Shown: one piece after another, positions 10,963 to 17,935 of the stretch
Position numbering within the stretch: the stretch's first letter is position 1
Layout: each line of letters begins with the position of its first letter
Assembly (NCBI GenBank): GCA_030141605.1
Contig: JAQGDQ010002010.1
Coordinates: 1 to 17,935, forward strand
Length of the DNA stretch: 17,935 nt
DNA from: Tubiluchus corallicola
Taxonomy: Eukaryota > Animalia > Priapulida
Direction: 5' to 3'
The notes under the pieces: model-generated
The model's input: the letters and a program-made list of their open reading frames with translations, nothing else
Databases searched by the model: none
Told to the model about the DNA's origin: nothing
Translations under genes and position numbers: made by a program

Positions 10963-11206
10963 ATCTGTTCAAATAGCTGAACTTTTTTTTAAAGAACAAA
11001 AATGCTTTTGAAGTTTCTTTTCTTAGCTGATCCTGGTGCTGTGCTGTACATGATACTTTGTGTAAAAGTGTACTGTGATACGCTATGTAAAACTTGTAGT
11101 TGTTTTAGGCCTGTGTTGTTACAGAGTTAATGCATAATTTTGTTTTCATGTTCTCATAAATTGCTAACCTTTCCAAGAGTGGACTTTTGTTAAATTTCTT
11201 TTTTAG

Positions 11207-11260
11207 TCTACCAGTTCAAAACAGGGAGTTTTCCTACACTACATTACATCCATCCTGTAG
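11207..11260 (+). CDS. Putative next exon, interrupted after 19 nt by the inverted arm
   Basis: A strong acceptor TTTCTTTTTTAG ends at 11206, with a CTAAC branch-point-like motif at 11164-11168. Phase-0 reading gives STSSKQG, then runs into inverted-arm sequence (VFLHYITSIL, TAG at 11258-11260). An alternative acceptor exists at 11026. Confidence 0.4.
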   Translation, partial: STSSKQGVFLHYITSIL

Positions 11261-12385
11261 ATTTTTAATCCTTGTCTGAATTTTCATCCATTATCTATGG
11301 TTCAATTCCTTTTTCCACACTAAGAGTAAGAGTGAACTTCTTAAAAATAACTTTGCAAATAAACTTAAAAATATCTTTAGTTGTTTACACTAACGTAGCT
11401 GGCCTAGCGCTTTACTTTACTGCTGCTTACTAGGCCAACAATAAAAATACTTCTGTTTCCGTCTAATCGCAAGATAATTTTTTTGTCATAGGACACCCCA
11501 TCAGGAATTTTATAATTTTTTTGTGCATTCTTATACTTACCTGGCGTAGTCATATAAAAGCGATATTTTTTCAATTTAAAACATAAAACACAAAAATAAT
11601 CATAACAACGCTGTTTCGGCGAGGGCAAAGCCATGTTTCTCTACAGCTAACTTTTGGCATTTGAGTGATCAGAGTAACAGCAGCTGCATGTGTTCTGTAT
11701 TAATGTCTTTTGTGAAAAGAACAGGCGATGCTTGCATCTGTGAAACAACCGGGTAAAAAAATGATATTACGAAAATATTTGCTGAAACACTTAACAGTAC
11801 AGCATCGAGGTTAAATTCGACTAATGAAATATGCGATAGAAATCGTAAAAGCATTTCAGCTATTGAAAAATCATGTTTATTATATTGGATTCAAAATTTT
11901 TTGTTCTAATAAATAATTGTTATACAGCACTTTATTCTATTTAAAAGAAATCTATTTTTTCACAGAAACTGAGACACTAACAGTTACTGTATGAAGCCAG
12001 TAACAAAATAACCATTTGCGTACTGTGATCAGTGGTTACAACATGTTTGACTACTTGCACCTTCATTCAAAGAAGGCTAGAACAGGTCTTTAGAATCATC
12101 GCAGTCATGAGTAACATAGATGATTGGGTAAATGCAACATGCTAGCACAGTAAGCAAGCTGCAATTATACTATATAGCCAAAAAGTTTAAGAAAGTGCTT
12201 ACAAAATTAAAATTTTGCTACTTAAAATTTTGCCACTTGGATAATGCAATCACTGTACTCCGTGCATCAGTGCTTTTAAACACCTAGCCATAATACATGG
12301 TGATGGAATGATATATTTCTCTTATAAATTTTTATAAGTTTTCAAGGCACTGCTTAGTAGCACCAACCTCTCTAGAGTGCCATGG
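11226..12385 (-). repeat. Right arm (1160 bp) of the long inverted repeat
   Basis: Reverse complement of 9461-10623; ends in ...CTCTAGAGTGCCATGG. No target-site duplication is visible outside the arms. Confidence 0.98.
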
Positions 12386-12395
12386 AGCCGCTGCT

Positions 12396-12603
12396 TAGGC
12401 TGAACATGGCATAGCATAGGCTGAACATGGCATAGCATAGGGTGAACATGGCATAGCATGGGCTGAACATGGCATAGCTTAGGGTGAACATAGCATAGCA
12501 TAGGCTAAATGCGGCATAGCCTAGACCTAAATAAGGCATAGCATAGGCTGAACGTGGCACAGTATAAGCTGAACATGGACAGCAAATATGGCACAGCATA
12601 GGC
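12396..12603. repeat. 21-bp minisatellite (TAGGCTGAACATGGCATAGCA), ~10 copies decaying rightwards
   Basis: Directly visible; explains the LCYAMFS heptad repeats of ORF 12372-12605. Confidence 0.93.
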
Positions 12604-12608
12604 AATAG

Positions 12609-13090
12609 CGGATACCATCAAATACTTGCTCAAACTGATTTCAGGTTTCGTATTATAACCGGATAAGTTACCTAAATTTGGATTGAATATGCGGGGATCG
12701 GTTCAGATCATGAAAAATTAGTAAATTTTTGCAAACTTTAGCGTTTTTATTTAATCTGTCAAAGGAGACTATCATCTTGAAAGACCTAGCCAAAAGATAC
12801 CCCATATTGCCACATACAAACAAGGAAAGATGTGTGTAAAATTTTCATCTTGAAAACACAAACGTAAGCTAAAAAGATCTCTAAGTTTTTTGCTAATATT
12901 TTATTTAGCTGTTTTCAACTGTTAACTTATTCGAAAACCATTTTCAATTGCACATTACAAAAACTGGATAGGGAAAAATTTGGGAAGGTCAATTTTTTAT
13001 AACAACCGGATAATATCGCGTTCGAATACCTGTAGAATCTTGCGAATGTCACCATTTTCGGATACGAGTCGGATATCCGAAGCAACACTA
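12609..13090. mobile_element. Probable truncated hAT-type MITE remnant
   Basis: Right end GCAACACTA (rc TAGTGTTGC, similar to the TIR of the 6305-6948 element), with several CGGATA motifs (about 12609, 12660, 13007, 13059, 13070). No left TIR or TSD found. Confidence 0.4.
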
Positions 13091-13309
13091 GTTAGAAGTT
13101 AAACAATGATTTAAGAAGCCATACTCACTTTATCTCTAACGTAATGTTCTGCGGCTTCTATATTCAACGGATCATCGAAATTTAATAAATCCTATAATCA
13201 AATAATTTTGTAAAAAACTGTTCAAGCAAGACATACATCTAAATATTTATAGTTAAAACATCACAACTTTATTAAAACTTTTAACTTGCACAGTTAACAA
13301 ATCATGTCA

Positions 13310-13343
13310 AACGTTTTGACCGAGGTACTGTTGTCATCATCAG
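13310..13343 (-). ncRNA. Degenerate minimal hammerhead ribozyme motif (Penelope type)
   Basis: The minus strand reads CUGAUGA-U-GAC-aacaguaccucg-GUC-AAAA-C-GUU. The CUGAUGA box is intact, while the GAAA box is mutated to AAAA (consistent with CpG decay of CGAAA). Stem I is weak; probably inactive. Confidence 0.55.
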
Positions 13344-13410
13344 TGGTAAATTTGTGTTGTTTGTGGTGTGTTGTTGTTTGTATATGTATCATAGTGGTAA
13401 TGTGTCATAA

Positions 13411-16192
13411 TGCTGTCATCATCAGTGGTGAATACTGTCATCATCAGTGGTAAATACTGTCATCATCAGAGGTAAATACTGTCATCATCAGTGGTAAATA
13501 CTGGCATCATCAGTGGTAAATACTGTCATCATCAGTGGTAAATACTGTCATCATCAGTGGTATGGTAAATACTGTCATCTTCAGTGGTAAATACTGTCAT
13601 CATCAGTGGTAAATGCTGTCATCATCAGTGGTATGGTAAATACTGTCATCATCAGTGGTAAATACTGTCATCATCAGTGGTAAATACTGTCATCATCAGT
13701 GGTAAATACTGTCATCATCAGTGGTAAATACTGTCATCATCAGTGGTAAATACTGTCATCATCAGTGGTAAATACTGTCATCATCAGTGGTAAATACTGT
13801 CATCATCAGTGGTAAATACTGTCATCATCAGTGGTAAATACTGTCATCATCAGTGGTAAATACTGTCATCATCAGTGGTAAATACTGTCATCATCAGTGG
13901 TAAATACTGTCATCATCAGTGGTAAATACTGTCATCATCAGTGGTAAATACTGTCATCATCAGTGGTAAATACTGTCATCATCAGTGGTAAATACTGTCA
14001 TCATCAGTGGTAAATACTGTCATCATCAGTGGTAAATACTGTCATCATCAGTGGTAAATACTGTCATCATCAGGTAAATACTGCATCTCAGTGGTAAATA
14101 CTGTCATCATCAGTGGTAAATACTGTCATCATCAGTGGTAAATACTGTCATCATCAGTGGTAAATACTGTCATCATCATTGGTAAATACTGTCATCATCA
14201 GTGGTAATACTGTCATCATCAGTGGTAATACTGTCATCATCAGTGGTAAATACTGTCATCATCAGTGGTAAATACTGTCATCATCAGTGGTAAATACTGT
14301 CATCATCAGTGGTAAATACTGTCATCATCAGTGGTAAATACTGTCATCATCAGTGGTAAATACTGTCATCATCAGTGGTAAATACTGTCATCATCAGTGG
14401 TAAATACTGTCATCATCAGTGGTAAATACTGTCATCATCAGTGGTAAATACTGTCATCATCAGTGGTAAATGCTGTCATCATCAGTGGTAAATACTGTCA
14501 TCATCAGTGGTAAATACTGTCATCATCAGTGGTAAATACTGTCATCATCAGTGGTAAATACTGTCATCATCAGTGGTAAATACTGTCATCATCAGTGGTA
14601 AATACTGTCATCATCAGTGGTAAATACTGTCATCATCAGTGGTAAATACTGTCATCATCAGTGGTAAATACTGTCATCATCAGTGGTAAATACTGTCATC
14701 ATCAGTGGTAAATACTGTCATCATCAGTGGTAAATACTGTCATCATCAAATCTGTCATCATCAGTGGTAATCTGTCATCATCATGGTAAATGCTGTCATC
14801 ATCAGTGGTAAATCTGTCATCTCAGTGGTAATCTGTCATCATCATGGTAAATACTGTCATCATCAGTGGTAAATACTGTCATCATCAGTGGTAAATACTG
14901 TCATCATCAGTGGTAAATACTGTCATCATCAGTGGTAAATACTGTCATCATCAGTGGTAAATACTGTCATCATCAGTGGTAAATGCTGTCATCATCAGTG
15001 GTAAATACTGTCATCATCAGTGGTAAATACTGTCATCATCAGTGGTAAATACTGTCATCATCAGTGGTAAATACTGTCATCATCAGTGGTAAATACTGTC
15101 ATCATCAGTGGTAAATACTGTCATCATCATTGGTAAATACTGTCATCATCAGTGGTAAATACTGTCATCATCAGTGGTAAATACTGTCATCATCAGTGGT
15201 AAATACTGTCATCATCATTGGTAAATACTGTCATCATCAGTGGTAAATACTGTCATCATCAGTGGTATGGTAAATACTGTCATCATCAGTGGTAAATACT
15301 GTCATCATCATTGGTAAATACTGTCATCATCAGTGGTAATACTGTCATCATCAGTGGTAAATACTGTCATCATCAGTGGTAAATACTGTCATCATCAGTG
15401 GTAAATACTGTCATCATCAGTGGTAAATACTGTCATCATCAGTGGTAAATACTGTCATCATCAGTGGTAAATACTGTCATCATCAGTGGTAAATACTGTC
15501 ATCATCAGTGGTAAATGCTGTCATCATCAGTGGTAAATACTGTCATCATCAGTGGTAAATACTGTCATCATCAGTGGTAAATACTGTCATCATCAGTGGT
15601 AAATACTGTCATCATCAGTGGTAAATGCTGTCATCATCAGTGGTAAATACTGTCATCATCAGTGGTATGGTAAATGCTGTCATCATCATTGGTAAATGCT
15701 GTCATCATCAGTGGTAAATGCTGTCATCATCAGTGGTAAATACTGTCATCATCAGTGGTAAATACTGTCATCATCAGTGGTAAATACTGTCATCATCAGT
15801 GGTAAATACTGTCATCATCAGTGGTAAATGCTGTCATCATCAGTGGTAAATACTGTCATCATCAGTGGTAAATACTGTCATCATCAGTGGTAAATACTGT
15901 CATCATCAGTGGTAAATACTGTCATCATCAGTGGTGAATACTGTCATCATCAGTGGTAAATGCTGTCATCATCAGTGGTAATACTGTCATCATCAGTGGT
16001 AAATGCTGTCATCATCAGTGGTAAATACTGTCATCATCAGTGGTAAATGCTGTCATCATCAGTGGTAAATACTGTCATCATCAGTGGTAAATACTGTCAT
16101 CATCAGTGGTAAATGCTGTCATCATCAGTGGTAAATACTGTCATCATCAGTGGTAAATGCTGTCATCATCAGTGGTAAATACTGTCATCATC
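13411..16192. repeat. 22-bp tandem array (TACTGTCATCATCAGTGGTAAA), ~126 copies, 2.78 kb
   Basis: Directly visible and highly homogeneous. Recurrent variants are TGCTGT, CATTGG and a 5-bp TGGTA duplication (near 13560, 13633, 15266, 15666). No unique spacers. Confidence 0.99.
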
Positions 16193-16229
16193 CGTTATGA
16201 ACTGGTTGTTTGTTTGCAAACATTTAGCA

Positions 16230-16263
16230 ATGATGATGACAGCAGTAGCTCTGTCGAAACGTT
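16230..16263 (+). ncRNA. Degenerate minimal hammerhead ribozyme motif (Penelope type)
   Basis: aUGAUGA-U-GACAG-caguagcu-CUGUC-GAAA-C-GUU: perfect 5-bp stem II, intact GAAA, palindromic ACGU in place of stem III. The core C3 is replaced by A and stem I is weak. Confidence 0.6.
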
Positions 16264-16886
16264 TGATATGACTTTTAGCTATATGAATTAAAAGTTGTAA
16301 TAAAGTTTTTTTAACTATAAGTATTTTTAAGTACCTGTAATAAAAAAAATGACTAGGTCTAAATAATTATAATGGGTTTATGGCACAATGTTAAAACCTA
16401 AAATTCTAACAATGTAGTCACTCATTAAAGTCTATAACTACAGAAGATAGATCTAGAACTAGAGAAAGGATAGCGGAAAGACTATAAAGTCACCTAGTCT
16501 GCTATCCTTTACCAAATATAGATAAAAAGATTTTTTAGACACTGGTGGGCATTAATGTTATCAGTTTAATTCAGGAAACATTAGTAATTTTTAAAATTAT
16601 GACATTTTCTATATAATCCAGAGAAAAGAATATACATGTAGTTTAATTAGCGGGCAACAAACTAAAGTCACTCATCAAATGCAGAATGTGCAGAATAGGT
16701 TGGTCTTTCAAAACTGCTGATGAAATTTTCTTTGAGTGGTTCACTAACAAGCCATTTTTGCACTTTTATAACATTTGAGGAGGTTCAGCTTAAAACTTGC
16801 ACCTACAAATTAACTCTGGTAACCCTTCAACATGATAGAGGCGTTAGTACAACGGACCCACGTTACGGTTTAGCTCGATTTCTCTT

Positions 16887-16919
16887 ATAATAACAATAAT
16901 AATAATAATAATAATAATG

Positions 16920-16950
<31 letters not shown>

Positions 16951-16958
16951 TAATAGTA

Positions 16959-17026
<68 letters not shown>

Positions 17027-17028
17027 AA
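16887..17028. repeat. (AAT)n microsatellite, imperfect, ~47 units
   Basis: Directly visible; explains the poly-Ile ORF 16844-17242. Confidence 0.99.
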
Positions 17029-17294
17029 ATTTATTTGGAAGTGTAAATACAAATACAATATCAAGAAACACTGGGAAAAAATAGATATTAATAATAATGA
17101 TTATATGACAGCGTGCATAGAATAAGAACCAGATGTAAAACTTGTTAGCTGCTTGCACCATTATAAACACGTCCAAATAATGAGAAAAAAAAGAACAAAA
17201 AAAACGAAGGTTTTTAGGCAATTTAAAAAAAAAGAGGTGCAAAGTAAGGATAGAAGTGATGGATAAAAGGCTTATTGATATAGATCAAATTGGA

Positions 17295-17326
17295 TTAGGT
17301 TAGGTTAGGTTAGGTTAGGTTAGGTT
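17295..17326 (+). repeat. (TTAGG)6 interstitial telomere-like pentamer tract
   Basis: Six perfect TTAGG units plus TT; TTAGG is the ancestral arthropod telomeric repeat. Confidence 0.9.
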
Positions 17327-17371
17327 GAATCACATGAACTAAAACTGATTATCATTTTACTGACTCTTACT

Positions 17372-17434
17372 CAGGGCTTATTTCAGCCTAAGCGAGGCCC
17401 GGGGAAGTTCCCCCTCCCCCTGAAATAGGTCCTG
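17372..17434. mobile_element. 63-bp miniature hAT-type element
   Basis: TIRs CAGGGCTTATTTCAG / CTGAAATAGGTCCTG (13/15 complementary); 8-bp TSD CTCTTACT (17364-17371) / CTGTTACT (17435-17442). Confidence 0.8.
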
Positions 17435-17790
17435 CTGTTACTCAAACATAATATTTTCATATGGACATTACTAAAACCTTAAACATACTGAAAAATATAA
17501 TATTATTAACTTCTTCAGACATACTATATTAAGCTAATTACATAAATAGTATTGTTAACTTAACATACAACCAATATCGTACATACTATAAGTATGTCAA
17601 AATAATTATTATTTGTAAAGAAATCAATTAAGCAGTTTATGGAGCGTCTGGAGGCTGGAGAGTCTCAATTTTGGTTTACATTGTTTGTCTGGTGATATAG
17701 ACCCAAAGATGACGCAGACACGAAACGAACATACTACTTATATAAACTATGCCTTCTTGTTTTCAATGCATTTTTATACGTGATATACGT

Positions 17791-17935
17791 AGGGCGGGAT
17801 CACCCTATAGGCTAGTATAGGCTGCAGGCTAGGGCACCTCAAGCTTTGGGAGCAGGGCTGGATTACCCTATAGGCTAGTATAGGCTGCAGGCTAGGGCAC
17901 CTCAAGCTTTGGGAGCAGGGCTGGATTACCCTATA
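17791..17935. repeat. 63-bp GC-rich tandem repeat, 2.3 copies, running off the window end
   Basis: ACCCTATA recurs at 17802, 17865 and 17928. The unit begins CAGGGCTGGATTACCC and contains the near-palindrome TAGGCTGCAGGCTA, resembling a DNA-transposon left end. Confidence 0.92.

Larger units (their letters stand above)
13241..16326. mobile_element. Non-autonomous element with ~110-bp inverted ends resembling Penelope-like pLTR 3' ends, filled with a satellite
   Basis: 13241-13351 is an imperfect reverse complement of 16222-16326 (e.g. TTATAGTTAAAA..AACTTTATTA..TCAAACGTTTTGAC..TACTGTTGTCATCATCA vs TGATGATGACAGCAGTA..GTCGAAACGTTTGA..TAATAAAGTT..TTAACTATAA). Each end, read outward, has a hammerhead-like motif followed by AATAAA (13268-13273 minus; 16299-16304 plus). 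Confidence 0.7.

Noticed and set aside
11533-11700. U1 snRNA gene
   Set aside because: Only the first 17 nt match; no stem-loop I GAUCACGAAGG, later stems or correctly placed Sm site follow.
12372-12605. 77-aa ORF with LCYAMFS repeats
   Set aside because: By-product of the 21-bp minisatellite.
13411-16192. CRISPR array or coding repeat
   Set aside because: Units are head-to-tail with no unique spacers, there are no cas genes and the context is eukaryotic. The 22-bp period shifts frame each unit and hits stops.
13411-16192. Array of complete self-cleaving ribozymes (retrozyme) or C/D snoRNAs
   Set aside because: The unit lacks the GAAA box and the 3' strand of stem II. The UGAUGA/CUGA boxes overlap with no room for guide sequences.

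Overview
AT-rich eukaryotic genomic DNA, probably from an invertebrate and plausibly an arthropod given the (TTAGG)6 tract and an insect-type U1 5' sequence. Most of it is non-coding and repeat-derived, and none of the supplied ORFs looks like an intact gene. Two structures dominate. (1) A 1.16-kb near-perfect inverted repeat (9461-10623 / 11226-12385) encloses a 602-bp loop. The loop holds an unlisted 58-codon ORF with a clear signal peptide (10786-10962) and good splice sites, so this looks like a small secreted-protein gene whose upstream region has been copied in reverse into its own third exon. (2) A 3.1-kb element (13241-16326) has ~110-bp inverted ends, each a degenerate Penelope-type minimal hammerhead ribozyme followed by AATAAA. 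Its interior is ~126 tandem copies of a 22-bp unit derived from the CUGAUGA half of that ribozyme. The remainder includes a split LINE ORF2 remnant, three hAT-type MITEs with 8-bp TSDs, micro- and minisatellites, and a possible promoter motif. All calls were made by eye, with no database searches.
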